Source: Chiloscyllium plagiosum (Eukaryota). Taken from it: a stretch of 64,000 nt of DNA. Of this stretch, positions 39,693 through 53,250 are shown piece after piece. The notes under the pieces were generated by a model. That model saw nothing but the letters and a program-made list of their open reading frames with translations. It made no database searches and was not told where the DNA came from. Made by a program: the position numbers and the translations under genes. Every line of letters starts with the position of its first letter. Positions within the stretch are counted from its first letter, which is position 1. The stretch spans positions 35,125,777-35,189,776 of the forward strand of contig NC_057718.1 in assembly GCF_004010195.1 (NCBI RefSeq), written 5' to 3'.

Positions 39693-39910
39693 CACAATCA
39701 GACTGTACTAATCTATAAAAGGCTGTATAGATACACAGGCTGTACGAAAGACTGTACAGATACACAATCAGACTATACCGATCTATGAAAGACTGTACAG
39801 ATGCACAGACTGTACTGATCTATGAAAGACTACATAGATATTCAATCAGACTGTTCAATCAAATTGTGCAGATTCACAATCAAGCTCTGCACAGTCAGGT
39901 TGTACAGAAT
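39693..39910. repeat. Degenerate tandem repeat, ~35-39-bp unit built from AGACTGTAC subunits
   Basis: CAGACTGTACTGATCTATGAAAGACTGTACAGAT recurs about 4-5 times. Confidence 0.8.
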
Positions 39911-41209
39911 GATAAATTAGACAATATTGGGCTACAATTAGACAGTACACAACTACTTTCAGATAGCACATGACTGCAGTATAACTGAATATGTAGGTAA
40001 TGTGACTAGTGACATTTCTCTGAGATTGATAAAAAAGATCAGAGTAGTGAGATGAGAAGAAGCATTGTGAAGAGAGAGATGTTAAAAACAACACACTATG
40101 CTGGAGAAGCATGTTTACTAATTGTGACATATGAAGGCAAATAAAGAGTGTTACAGCACTGATGAAAGTGAGAGAGCCTTACTATAGAATAAGGATGAAT
40201 TAGGGATGTTACAGACCACAAAGAGTGATAATCTAATAAAAGGGAGCAGCCTATAAGAGTGTATATGTATTCCCCCAAAGCCCAGAGATACTAAGGAGAA
40301 GTATCCACGAGCACTATCAGTGGGTTTCATATAAAATCTGCCGAAAGCAATAATCACCAATCAGAGCACACAGACTCATGTTCACGTTGTACATCAACAT
40401 CAATTAAACTAAACAGAGGCAAAATTAGATTGCACAGAACCACAACCACAACAGTAGCATGAGAATTTTGAAGTTCAGGACTTGACCTTGGAGTGGGGGA
40501 CCTTATCATGCTAATTTTCAGCTATACATGTGGACACATGGGAAGGGCCTATGGAATACTGATAATCACATTAGACTCAGTAGGCTGGTATGTTCGCTGG
40601 TGAGCTCTACTGTATAGAGTGTGTGTGAAAGGTCAATAGAGATGGGACGTGATTTGACTGCAATTCTCCCTGACACTGCAAAACCCACAGGTGAACTGCT
40701 TGCTGATATTCTATGTGCCAAAGCTTATATCTATATCTCGTGGTTAAAGTAGCCAAAGGAAGCCAATTCTTGCTGAAGTTTTCAGAAATGATGGAAAGGT
40801 TTTTGAAAGAAATCTCAATTACAATGCAAAGTAGACTGCATTAATTAATGACAAAACTAACATCAGCTGAGTTACAAAGCCAATCCAGAAATACTGGCTG
40901 CAATGGTGTCAGCATCACTGCATTCTGCAATAGACAGTTGAACACATTGGGCTCTTACATAACTATTGCTTAATCAAACTTATTCTTGCCAATTTACCAC
41001 ATCATCAATGGTGTTGAAGGTGATGCATCTAGAACTATTCCATCTGATGAATACAACTTGGATCTTTCAGTGAAGAGTGGCAACTGAGGACAGTCACCAT
41101 GACACAATCTAAGAGAACTACTCCTGTCTCCCTTTCTGTGCAGCAAGTTTGAAAGTTCAAGTTAACGCTGTCCCACAAATCCATAGCTTGTAAGAGCAGA
41201 TAGGGAAAA

Positions 41210-41345
41210 AGTTCTGAGGAAGGGTCACTGGACCCGAAACATTAACTCTGATTTCTTTCCACAGGCGCTGCCAGACTTGCTGAGCTTTTCAAGCAATTTC
41301 TGTTTTTGCTTCTGATTTACAGCATCCATGGTTTTTTTGGTTTTT
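41210..41345 (+). mobile_element. Penelope terminus with hammerhead-like core
   Basis: CTGAGGA-A-GGGTC-ACTG-GACCC-GAAAC followed by the family tail. Confidence 0.7.
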
Positions 41346-41869
41346 ATTAGAGTAAAGATCTCCTCGAAAATAAGTGTCAAGTGAAGTCTGGTCACAGCCA
41401 ACAATCTGGCTGACAGTACTTGACCAGTAATGTCGACTGCATGAGCACCGTGGAACATTAGGAAAGTGACTTTGACACAACAAACTTTCTGATCTGTCAC
41501 ACCTAGGTTTCTGAACAGATATAGGTTAAATTTTTACAACCCGTTAATATTGCGAGTACTGTTTGCATGTTTGAGCGAATTGATCTGGCAGTTGAAACTA
41601 CTTGCAAGTTGTTTTTGCATTAAGAACAAAAGGCCAGATATAGAATGACCCTTGGGGTTGCAGTAAGATTAAAAACAAATGGCTTGAAAATCAGAAACTC
41701 CATAAAGTGGCAGCACCAATTCTACCATTTTTCCTTCAAGCATTCAAGATGCTGCCAGATATGGAAACTCAATGTTACCTAATACCATGCAGTCTGTTTC
41801 AACAGTATTAATTTTGTGGGCTTTGGAGTGCTCTGCTTATTTCACAGAAAAGCAACATAAATACATTAT

Positions 41870-42370
41870 AATCATAAAGTCATATGGCATAGAAATAAGC
41901 CCTTCGGCCCACGATGTCTATCATGACCAAAAAAATGGCAAGCTCCTCTAATCCCATTTACCTGCACTTGGTCCATAGCCTACAATGCCCTGGAATTTTA
42001 AATGAATGTGTAGATGTTTCTTAAATGCTGTGAGAGTACTTGCCTCTAACATCCTCTCAGAATGCACATTCCATGTTTCTATTCACAACTAGGTGAACTT
42101 TTTTTTTCTCAGATCTCCACTAAACCACTTAGTCCTCACCTTAAACTTAATTCTCTAATCTTAGACACATCTACCAGGGGGAAAAGATTCTCAAAATCTA
42201 CCCTGTCTATGCCACTCATAATTGTGCATATCTCAAACAGATTCCCCCCTCTACTGCAAGGAAATCAAATCTAGCGTATCCAGTCTCTCCTCATAACTGA
42301 GACTTTTGATGCCAGGCAACATCCCGGTGAACCTCCTCTGCACCTTTTCCAGTGCAATCACATCCTAGTT
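41870..42370 (-). mobile_element. CR1 LINE 3' portion
   Basis: CR1 tail, plus reverse-complement CR1 C-terminal coding remnants. Confidence 0.8.
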
Positions 42371-43229
42371 TAATCTCACATTGTTTCATATTGCTACATT
42401 AAGCAATTACACTGAATCATTCCCCTGTCTACAGATCAAAAATGTTAACTGGTTAAATGTTAGCTGAAATTTGTTGGTGAAAAGATTAAAAATCTAAGAC
42501 TTTTACATGCTGAGAGACCCACAGTCAAAGTATATAATAATACACACAAACTGCTCTCAGTAGTCTTCAATCCTTTTTCCAAATAAAGGGAATACTGTTA
42601 AATTCTGTTCGCTGTCCCGACTGGATAGCAGTCAGATGTCAGGATGGTAGTTAACAGCAACAAATGAAGCGGTAAATTCTTGCTTTAATAATATGGAATC
42701 TGCTCTCTTGCAGTGACCATGAATTCCCAACGCAACCTGTAACTTCTGAAGACTGAAAATTCCGATTTCCACAATGACCTCCAAGGTGAACTTTGCAGTA
42801 ATCGTTCTTGACAAGCTCTAAATTAAAAGAAAATCTCTATAATAACACTAAAGAATTTGCTAATCTGACATTTGCTTCAGCGATTTAATTGAGGTCATTC
42901 TTTGATCATGCACAAGAACAATGATCAGTAAATTAAACCAATCAGCAGTAATTAATTACAAGAACAATGGTGGGTGCAAGAGTCGTACAATTGGAGATGA
43001 AAGTTTGAAAAGGTAGTCAGAGAAGGTATTTGGATATATATGGCCTTGTTTGCAATGCCAAATGTATAGAGGTTAACCAGGCAACATAGCTATACTTTTC
43101 CAACCCAGAAATAAAATGTAGCAATGTTAATTCCTGCTGTACATTAGGGAGACTCATTAGAATGAACTCTATTTCATTGACAAACTTTGAGTTCTATGTG
43201 AATCACACAATGCAAGAGAGATTTACATA

Positions 43230-43720
43230 TACAGTCATATAGATGTGCAGCACATAAATAGACCCTTCTCGTCCACCTTGACCATGCTGACCAAATATCC
43301 TAACCTAATCTAGTCCCATTTGCCAGAACTTGACCCATATCCCTCTAAACCCTTTCTATCCATATAGCCTTCCAGATGCGTTTTAAAAAGTTGTCCATTA
43401 GGTCCCTTTTAAAATTTTCCCCTCTCACCCAAAACCTATGCCCTCTAGTTCTGGACTCCCCCACCCCAGGGAAAAGATGTTGTCTATTTACCCTATCCAT
43501 GCCTGTCAGGATTTTATAAATCTCCATAAGGTCACCCCTCAGCCTTCAATGCTCCAAGGAAAACAGCCCCAGCCTATTCAGCCTCTCCCTATACCTCAAA
43601 TCGTCCAATTCTGGCAACATCCTTGTAAATCTTTTCTGAACCCTTTCAAGTTTCACAACATCCTTCCAACAGGAGAGAGACAAGAACTGCACACAACATT
43701 CCAAAAGTGGCCGAACAAAA
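43230..43720 (-). mobile_element. CR1/HER1-like LINE 3' portion
   Basis: EIYKIL.GMDRVN...SRTRGHRF, same family as 1-395. Confidence 0.9.
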
Positions 43721-43794
43721 GACACTTACATACTTTTGTGTAGCACCTTTCACTGCAGTGATTGCCATTGTGCTATCTAAATGTAACATTAATG

Positions 43795-45230
43795 ACCATA
43801 AAATATAGGAGCAGAAGCAGGGCATTCAGCCCATCTTCTTCAAAGACCACAATTTCCCCATAGACGTGATCGACGATGCCCTCCACCGCATCTCCTCCAC
43901 TTCCCGCTCCTCCGCCCTTGAGCCCCGCCCCTCCAATCACCACCAGGACAGAACCCCACTGGTCCTCACCTACCACCCACCAACCTCCACATACATTGTA
44001 TCATCCGTCGTCATTTCCACCACCTCCAAACGGACCCCACCACCAAGGATATATTTCCCTCCCCTCCTCTATCAGCTTTCCGTAGAGACCACTCCCTCCG
44101 CGACTCCCTTGTCAGATCCATACCCCCCACCAACCCAACCTCCACTCCCGGCACCTTCCCTTGCAANNNNNNNNNNNNNNNNNNNNNNNNNNNNNNNNNN
44201 NNNNNNNNNNNNNNNNNNNNNNNNNNNNNNNNNNNNNNNNNNNNNNNNNNNNNNNNNNNNNNNNNNNNNNNNNNNNNNNNNNNNNNNNNNNNNNNNNNNN
44301 NNNNNNNNNNNNNNNNNNNNNNNNNNNNNNNNNNNNNNNNNNNNNNNNNNNNNNNNNNCCCCTCCCCCCACCTTGTCTCAGTCAAATCCATCGAACTCAG
44401 CACCGCCTTCCTAACCTGCAATCTTCTTCCTGACCTCGCTGACCCACCCCCACTCCGGCCTTTCACCGTCACATTGACCTCTTTCCACCTATCGCATTTC
44501 CAATGTCCCTCCCCAAAGTCCCTCCTCCCTACCTTTTATCTTAGCCTGCTGGACACACTTTCCTCATTCCTGAAGAAGGGCTCATGCCCGAAACATCGAT
44601 TCTCCTGCTCCTTGGATGCTGCCTGACCTGCTGCGCTTTTCCAGCAACACATTTCCAGGATCTGCAGTCCTCACTTTCTCCATTCAGCCCATCAAGCCTT
44701 CTTCACCATGCAGTAAAATCATGAGTGATCTGATAACCCTCAATTCCACTTTCCGGCCTTTTCCGCCATATCCTTTAATTCCCTTACTGATTAAAAATTT
44801 GTCTATCTCAACCTTGAATATACTTCATTACTCAGTCTCTGCAGCCTTCTGCAATTAAGAATTCCCCAACCCTCTGAGGGAAAAAAAATTCTTACTCATC
44901 CTTGTCTTAAATATGTAACCATGTATTCCCCTCTGATCCAAAACTATCCCCCAAGGACAGCAATCTTTCTGCATCAACTCTATCAAGTCCCCTGAGAACC
45001 TTGTATGCTTCAATAAGGTCACCTCTCATTCTCTGTATTCCAACGAATGCAGACCCAATCTACTCAATCTTTCCTCATAGCAATATCAGCCAAGTGAACC
45101 TTCCCTGAATGGCCTCCAATGCAGTACATCTTTCCTTAGATAAGGATCCAAAACTATTCACAGTATTTGAACTGTGGTCTGACACAGTGGTCTTGTGTAG
45201 TTTGAGCAAAACCATCCTATTTTTATATTC
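43795..45230 (-). mobile_element. CR1 LINE 3' portion split by a Penelope insertion
   Basis: The tail at 43795-43835 continues at 44681. Motifs LLKLHKT and ALEAIQGRFT. Confidence 0.8.
43836..44680 (+). mobile_element. Penelope-like element, 5' truncated, 13-bp TSD
   Basis: DRTPLVLTYHP motif and hammerhead-like core at 44570-44593. Flanking repeat CATTCAGCCCATC at 43823-43835 and 44681-44693. Contains an N gap. Confidence 0.88.
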
Positions 45231-45929
45231 CAAGGCAGCCAACATGAGCCTTCCACCAGCTATGGTGAAGTCACTCCTGTCCACAGGAGTATGAGAGTGT
45301 TGGAATCTTCTAGTAAGAAAAACTGTATGAGTTAAATACTTAATTGACAAAATAATTAATTAGAATATTATGGAATATAAATGAACGCCTTATTGTATTT
45401 GCATCTTTGGTTTCTTTCTGTGACCATGAATTTATGCAATTTTGTGAATCTAGAAGGATCTAAAATGGTCAACAAACTCAAGGGACCAAATTGCTGACCA
45501 CTTTTTGTATATTCTTGTCAAGTTTCATCCTTTGGTCATGGATGTCTTCATCGATCAGAATACAATTGTAGCATAATTTCATTTCATACTTTGAAACCTC
45601 TGATCTGCTTATTTGCTGGGGAAGCCAAATTATTGACTTGAAGCCATTTGTATTTGTTCTGCTCATCACAAATGTGTAAATGATCTTACAAAGGTCCAGG
45701 CTCTATTGAATTGTAAAATACTGCACTGCTAGGTCTAGAAGACAGACCTAATCTGGAGTCAAATCTAAACTCAAATTACTTGACTGGACAAATGAAGCTG
45801 TTTCACATAAAGTGGCTACAATTGGAATATTCGCAAAGTCAATTACATGTTAAGCCCTCATCATACTCATCTATATTGATTCAATGTGATTGTCAGTCTT
45901 GGATCTGTCTTCATTCTGAATGAAAATGT

Positions 45930-46310
45930 TGTCTTATTCAAGGACTTCAGCACAAAATAAAACAACACTGATTCTCCTCCACTGAGGCAAGTGCTGCACT
46001 GTTGGAGAGGCTGTCATTAAGCTGAAGTGTTAAATACAAAATTGTGCATAAATATTCCATGGTATTATTTGAAGGGTGAGTATGAGAGTTATACCTGGAT
46101 TCCTGGCCTATATTTATCCCAAATTCAACATGACAAAAACAGATTATTACACTTTTTACTATCACAGTGCTGTTTGCATGAGTTTTGTTCTGTGCACGTC
46201 TTCCATGATTAAACCAGTGACTGTACTTCAAAAGTATTTAATTGGCCTTTGAAGTACTTTAGGACATCCGGTGGTATTTAAAGTGTCTATGTAAATACAG
46301 GTCTTTCTTT
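45930..46310 (+). mobile_element. Deu-domain SINE relic
   Basis: GTGCTGCACTGTTGGAG..GCTGTC...CAGTGACTGTACTTCAAAAGTA...AAGTACTTTAGGACATCC. Confidence 0.7.
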
Positions 46311-47226
46311 TTTCCCTCATAATGTGACTCGTTTCTATAAGTACAGTGCTTGTGAATCATCAACAATGCACTAATTCAATTATTAACACCTTCCAATGAA
46401 ACTGTAGGGTCAAACCTATTAATTTTATTGGATTATTTGAAGAGAAAGTAAAGTATGAATGCCCTTTTTATAGAAGAAGGATGACACATTCAGAATACTT
46501 GTAATTAAAATGTGAATTGTTTTATTGACATTGAAAGATTTAGAGAAGACTAGTTCCTGCTTGAGGATGCTAATAATGGCCATTAATTAAGGGAATTGCT
46601 TAAAATATGTAAGGCATCATTAGCATTTTTAAGCTAATTGGCAATTTCAATTCAAAATGGAGAACAGAAAGTGGAGCCTTGAGGTTTTCCTTCCTATTTA
46701 TCTGAAAAAAAGGCTTATTGTATTTTAAAACCCATAAAAAGGTTTTTAATTAGCTGAGACTTTAGATGTTATGCCATTCTGTCCTCAGATGGCTTTTTTT
46801 GATGAAGTGCTGTCAGAAACAAATAGACCTGGCATCTGCTAAAGCCAGTTTAAAATAAGAACTTCTATAAACAGGTCCTGATGACGAAAGTTCTATCCCT
46901 GCCATGTATCATGTAACATTAACTGAACTGGAGGAGTGGGTGGATATAGATAAGTTAGAAATGACATGGGTGCAAATAATCCAGTACTGTCACACAGTCA
47001 TAACCTTTGGTCATCAATCTCAGTACAAGATCATTATTAATGCATTGCCTTTGGGTTTTATTTTAATTCTTAGGCTGGAATGTGGTCCTTCAGCACCAGG
47101 CACCATCTAGCAAGTGGTACAAAGGAAACTGGGACAGTTTAACAGAGGGGCTCAGAATTTGCTGATGTTCAAATCCAAACAGTCATTGCATTTTCAAAAG
47201 TGACAGCCAAATATTCAAATCACGTG

Positions 47227-47986
47227 CTTAAAAATGTGTTGCTGGAAAAGCGCAGCAGGTCAGGCAGCATCAAAGGAGACGGAGAATCGACATTTCGGGC
47301 ATAAGCCCTTCTTCAGGAATGAGGAAAGTTTGTCCAGCAGGCTAAGATAAAAGGTAGGGTGGAGGGACTTAGGGGAGGGGCGTCGGAAATGTGATAGGTG
47401 GCTTCTGTGCAGAGGAGATGACCCGGGGGGTGCAGTGAGAGAGGGACTCACTGAAATCTTTGTAGAGGGAGGAAGAGAGCTTCTTCAAGGAAGGCATCCG
47501 TGTAAGAGGAATCACAGTAGGTTGAAATCTTTGAGGAGAAAGTGAGGTCTAATCTCATTGATCTCCTGTGGCTGGGAGGGTTCCTGGCGGAAGATGAGTC
47601 GCTCTTCCTCCAGGCGTCATGTTGCCATGGTCTGGCAATGGAGGAGGCCAAGGACCTGCATGTCCCTGGCGGAGTGGGAGGGGGAGTTAAAGTGTTCAGC
47701 CACGGGACGGTTGGGTTGGTTGGTTGCGGGTGTCCAAGAGGTGTTCTCTGAAATGTTCTGCAAGTAGGCGGCCAGTCTCCCCAATGTATAGGAGGCCACA
47801 TAGGGTGCAGTGGATGCAGTAAATGATGTGTGTGGAGTTGCGGATGAATTTGTGATGGATATTGAAGGATCCCTTGGGGCCTTGGAGGGAAGTGAGGGGG
47901 GAGGTGTGGGCGCAAGTTTTGCGCTTTTCCAGCAACACATTTTTAAGCTCAGATCTCCAGCATCTGCAGTCCTCACTTTCTCCTAG
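47227..47986 (-). mobile_element. Penelope-like element (GIY-YIG fragment) with inverted terminus
   Basis: IYCIHCTLCGLLYIGETGRLLAEHFREH. 29-bp inverted repeat at 47226-47254 / 47920-47948. TSD TTCAAATCAC(G/A)TG. Confidence 0.9.
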
Positions 47987-49587
47987 TTCAAATCACATGT
48001 GCGGAGTCACCACTATGGGAATGGTCCTCAATACCTAGTAAACTATGCACCTCCCTGATTGTTTTTGAGAGAGGACTGTTTCTTTCTGTAAAAAAATCTC
48101 ATATTGGTTTACAACTGGAATAAACTGTTCAGCTCCTGGATCCTGCTCCCCTATTCACACCTGCCAATTCTGACGAAAGGTAATCCAGGAGAAACACCGT
48201 CCTGCTCTTTCTCCCCACAGATGCCATATGATCTGTTATGTGTGTAGATATCTTTATAAATGTTAATGGAGAAGTGTAACCTAGAGGGGTGCACTATTTA
48301 CAATGGATATTCGTTCAATGTTGCAGATCCATCAGGATATTGTTGCAGGGCTTAACTTTGAATCTTTAATCAACCAAGTTCAACTGGTGGAACTCTGAAG
48401 GCTAATTTCCTGTGACCACATAACTGACTACCTTGCCCCCAGACTTAAAGGGGATCTAACTCTCCTTGCCTCTCGAACAAAGAGGAGTCACCCATATGGT
48501 TTGCAGAGGTTGGCTATAGTCTGCCCTGTTTGTGCGCCTGGCACTTCAATGCTGACTCACCAGTCTGGTTCTCTGCTCCAACTTCTGCTCCCATTCTCCT
48601 GGTGTAGCATCCATGGCTCAGAGCTGCTGCCAGTCTCTTTGGTTAGATATTCAGCAGTTGCATACCTTCCCCAATTCCCCTTCCTGGTTCTCTATTCAAC
48701 ACTAGAGACTTTCTGTCCAAGTCCGGGCTTTTTGCTCTTCCATCTTTGCCTCTTACCCACAGCGTCTGGCTCTACACCACCCCTTTCTCCTCTTCCCATT
48801 TGTCAAAGACCTTGCTCCAATGCAAGAACTCTTGAGCTCTCCTCCATCATTGCTCCATGCTGTTAGAGGCCCCTTTTATATGCATATACAGCATTTTCCA
48901 TTTTTAGAGCAAAAACTAAACAGAAATGAAAGGAAAACTTTTGAAGTGCCCACACATAATTGTAGGAAAGTACGCCATAATTATTAATCTTATAAAAGCA
49001 ACATCACAGTCCCAGAACAAATAGCTGACAATAATCCAAATGATTCTAGTGCTAATTAATTCAGACAGAAATATATTATTTCTTTTAGGATGCTTTGCAG
49101 CAATAGTTTGTGGTATCTATTCAGTACAGCCCATATGAGAACAAAAGAACAGAGATTGTTTGGATCCCAAGACTTAAGGGTTTACTTTTAATGATCTCTG
49201 CTTCCTGCTATCTGTCAAATATTTTGCATGTAACAGTGATTGAGGAGTTAGTTCAAGTTTCATTTCTTCACAGTTTAGTAATTTTATCCATGACAAGTAA
49301 CAAAGAAATTATTCTTATCACATTGACATTCACATGCTTGAACTAAGCTGATCTGATTAAGACTTTGCCCCTGCATTAGTCAGTATTGCAGATTTGGTCT
49401 GAAACTTATGTTTTAACTTGAATAGACAAACATTCACATTGGAGAGATTGAGAGTTATGACAAACTTATTTAGTTTTACAAGAGAACTACAGAACAAGCA
49501 TTTTTTGCCCATCCCTCATTGCACCTGACCTTGCTAAGCCACTTCAGAGGGCAGTTAAGAATCATCCATATTGTTCTGGAGTTATAT

Positions 49588-49900
49588 TTAGATTAGATTA
49601 GATTCCCTACAGTGTGGAAACAGGCCCTTTGGCCCAACCAGTCCACATTGACCCTCCGAAGAGTAACACACCCAGACCCATTTCTCTCTGACTAATACAC
49701 CTAGCACTATGGGCAATCTAGCATGGGCAATTCATCTGTCCTGCATATCTTTGGATTGTGGGAGGAAACCGGAGCACCCAGAGGAAACCCACATAGACAT
49801 GGGAAGAATGTGCAAACTCCACACAGACAGTCGCTCGAGGCTGGAATCGAACCCGGGTCCCTGGCGCTGTGAGGCAGCAGTGCTAGCCACTGAGCCACTG
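49588..49900 (-). mobile_element. HE1-like V-SINE nested in an older SINE (49500-49990)
   Basis: Full head, core and tail. TATTTAG on both sides. Confidence 0.92.
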
Positions 49901-50299
49901 TGTATTTAGTCCAGACCAAGTAACGATGGCAGATTTCCTTCTCTAAAAGACATTACTGAACCAGCTGGATTTTTACAACAATCAGCGATGGTTGGAATCT
50001 TCTGTTAAAAAATGTTGCATGGGTTAACTATTTATGTGACAAAATAATTAATTAGAATATTATGGAATAAAAATGAACACCTTATTATATTTCCACCATT
50101 GGCTTCTTTTTGTTTCTACCTTCTGGTTGCATTGTGACAATTCTATTGACAAAGAATGTGTTTCAATGTTCTCCAATGCAGAATTAGGACAGTGGATAAG
50201 GGTAACCAGGCCTGTTAAATGTTAAAGCTATTTCCTTTTACTCTTCAGGAAAGGAGATTAAGGCGATCCCCAAAAACATTGCTTTCTCAAGTGACCACT

Positions 50300-50638
50300 T
50301 AGAATCCCTACAGTGTGGAAACAGGCCCTTCAGCCCAGCAAGTCCACACTGGCCCTCCGAAGAGTATCCCACCCAAACCCATTCCCGTATCCTATTACTT
50401 CACATTTTCCCCTGTCTAATGCACCTCACTGAATACGATGGGCAATTTAGCGTGGCCAATCCACCTAACCTGAATGTCTTTGAATTGTGAGAGGAAACCA
50501 GAGCACTCAAAGGAAACCCGCACAGACACAGGGAGAATATGCAAACTCCGCACAGACAGTCATGCGAGGGTGGATTTGAACCCAGGTCCCTGGCGCTGTG
50601 AGGCAATAATGCTAACCACTGAGCCTCCGTGCCACCCT
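50300..50638 (-). mobile_element. HE1-like V-SINE
   Basis: Head, V core and tail as in the other copies. Confidence 0.9.
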
Positions 50639-51039
50639 TTGATTGGAATATGTATTCTGCTTGTGTCCCTCTTCAGGATCTTGCTCACCATTGTCCAATT
50701 CATCTGAGTTGTCTTCATAGACACTTTCTTGTGGCTACACCTTTTCCAGCTTTATTTTTTTTTGCATTACAGGACCTTGCAGAATTTAATAATAAACAAT
50801 GGTGTGGCACACACTCTCTAGGTTATTTAACAAATCCATATAAGTCTTCATTTCAATATGCTGATGCTATGCTTTATGATGGCCCCGAGAATCCCATTGC
50901 TGTTATTTAGGTGTGGCGAAGTGAAGAATCATAATCAATTATGTAGTTAAAGCGGCATTCCTTATTTCTCAGGAACCAATTTCTGACATTTCAGACAATT
51001 TGTGGAATCGTGGACTGGGGACTGTCACAGAGTGCCTTC

Positions 51040-51960
51040 AACAGCCATGGCATAGATTGTAACAACAAGGAGATTATGTTAGAGCTGTATAAATCTTTGG
51101 TTAGGTTACAGCTGGAGTACTCTGTGCAGTTCTGGTCACTTCCCTATTGGAAGGATGTGATTGCACAGGGACTGCAGACGAGGCTCGCTAGAATGTTTTT
51201 AAATCTGGTTTGGAGCATTTTAGCTATGAAGGGAGGCTGGGTAAGCTTAGGTTGCTTTCTTTAGGCCAAGAGAGGACCTGATTGAGGTCTATAAAATGAA
51301 GAGGGGCACTGATGAGGTGGATAGAAGGCAACTATTCCCCTTAGTTGAAGGATCAGTAACAAAGGTACGTAATTCTAAAGGTGACAGGCAATTTTAGAGG
51401 GAATTTAAGCAAACATTGTTTCACCTAGAATCTAGAATGCATTGCCTGCCAGGGTGTTGAAACCAGGGTGTGGGAGCAGGCCATTTGGCCTATCGAGTCC
51501 AGAATGACCTTCCAAAGAGCATCCCTCCCAGACCCATTCCACATTTCCTATGGCTAATTCACCTAACCTGCACACCCCTGGATGTACGGGGCAATATAGC
51601 ATGGCCAATCCACTTAACCTGCACATCATTGGACTGTGGGAGGTATCCAGAGCACTTGAACAAAACCTACTCAGACACAGGGAGAACATGCAAACTCCAT
51701 GCAGACAGTCACCCATGGGTGGAATTGAACCCAGGTCACTAGCACTATAAAGTAGCAATGCTAACCACTGAGCCACCATGCTGCTCTACTTGCTGTGGAA
51801 AACCTCACAACATTTAGGAGTACTTGGATGAGGACTTTAAATATCATAATATTCAAGGCTATGGTCCAAATGGTGAAAAGTGGGATTAGTGTATTTTTGT
51901 TGGTTCAGACTTCATGGGCTGAAGAGCCTCTCTGTACTGTATGACTCTATGATTCTATCA
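51040..51960 (+). mobile_element. CR1 LINE 3' portion with nested SINE
   Basis: LELYKSLVRLQLEYSVQFWS.PYWKDV. Tail ATGACTCTATGATTCTA. Confidence 0.88.
51468..51785 (-). mobile_element. HE1-like V-SINE inside CR1
   Basis: Head and core on the minus strand interrupt the CR1 sequence. Confidence 0.85.
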
Positions 51961-52924
51961 TTTGAATGAAGATGCTGTGACCATACACCTAATTGAAGAC
52001 TGATGCACTAGAAGACCCTTTCTGTTTCAATAAGCTGCTGGCTCATTTTCTAGTGCTCTGAGAATAGTATAGTCTGCACATGAGCAAAGCCAGCCTATGT
52101 TGTTAATCCCAGTGTTCCCATTCTGTCTTTTGGCATCCATAACAGATTTAATCTGCTCACCTGTTCAGTCTAGGAAGGCTGCATAAGCCTCATAAATTCC
52201 CTCCCTGGATGACCTGCTCTGATAATGCACTTGACCCAGCTGTGCCCCACAAGCAGAGAGATATGGACAGTGCATGCTGCAGTAGCGTAGAGATAAAAAT
52301 GTTGCCTGGACTCCACAGGGAGATGCTTTGGAGAATCCCCAGTATGTTCCTCCATCAATATATACTTTCTGAGAGGAAGGCTCACTGTGGCAATGATTAC
52401 CAGCAGTGGCAACCAGTGAAGAATTTGAAAGGACAGTTAGCCTCTATTTTCTGCATCCTGTTGCAACTGTTTGCCACTGGTTTATGTGGCAAACAGTTTC
52501 CTTTAAGAGAGTTCATCTTTAAGGACTACCAGTGCCATGTGTGTACAATGTTGTCACCCTACCTAGTAGTTAGGGTCTGCAAAATGTATGTGTACAGAAA
52601 CCACTTGCATGCTTTAATGTGTGTTTTATAACTTATAATGTGTCCTACTGTTTCAAATAAACTAACCCATAATCAATCACCGGTGAGCAATTGATTATTC
52701 AACTCATGAACATTAGTATGACACCACCCCTAGACCCTCAATAAATGACTGTCTTCTATTTAGGGATTTCCTAAACCAAAGGGCATGGGATTGAAATGTG
52801 TGGGACTTAGGACCAGGAGGAACATGTAGTCATTAAGAACAATGGTCCCTTTGCCACGATAAAATCATAACTCCCTGGTCCAGCTAGTGGCAGGTCCTAC
52901 TCCCAAGAGTCTGCAATGGGAGAA

Positions 52925-53250
52925 GTCGCGACATTGTGGTAATGTCACTATGCAAGTAATCCACAACTCCAGGCTTATGTCTGGGGGGCATGGATTCATG
53001 GCAGATTTTGAAATTTGAATCCAACAAAAATTTCGAACCCAAAGCTGATGTAACCACTGTTTCTGTCAATTATTGTAAAAAGCCATCTGGTTCATTAATG
53101 CCCTTTAGAGAAAAAAATCTGCCATCCTTTCCTGGTGTGGCTTACATGCGACTCCAGGTCCAAAACAATGTGGTTGCCTGAACAAATAGGGATGGGCAAT
53201 GAATGCTGGCCTAGCCAGTGACACCCACATCTCATGCATGAACAAAAAAA
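52925..53250 (+). mobile_element. tRNA-derived SINE with LINE-type tail
   Basis: Similar to 23555-23900. Tail GGGATGGGCAAT.AATGCTGGCCTAGCCAGTGACACCCACATC followed by an A-run. Confidence 0.75.
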
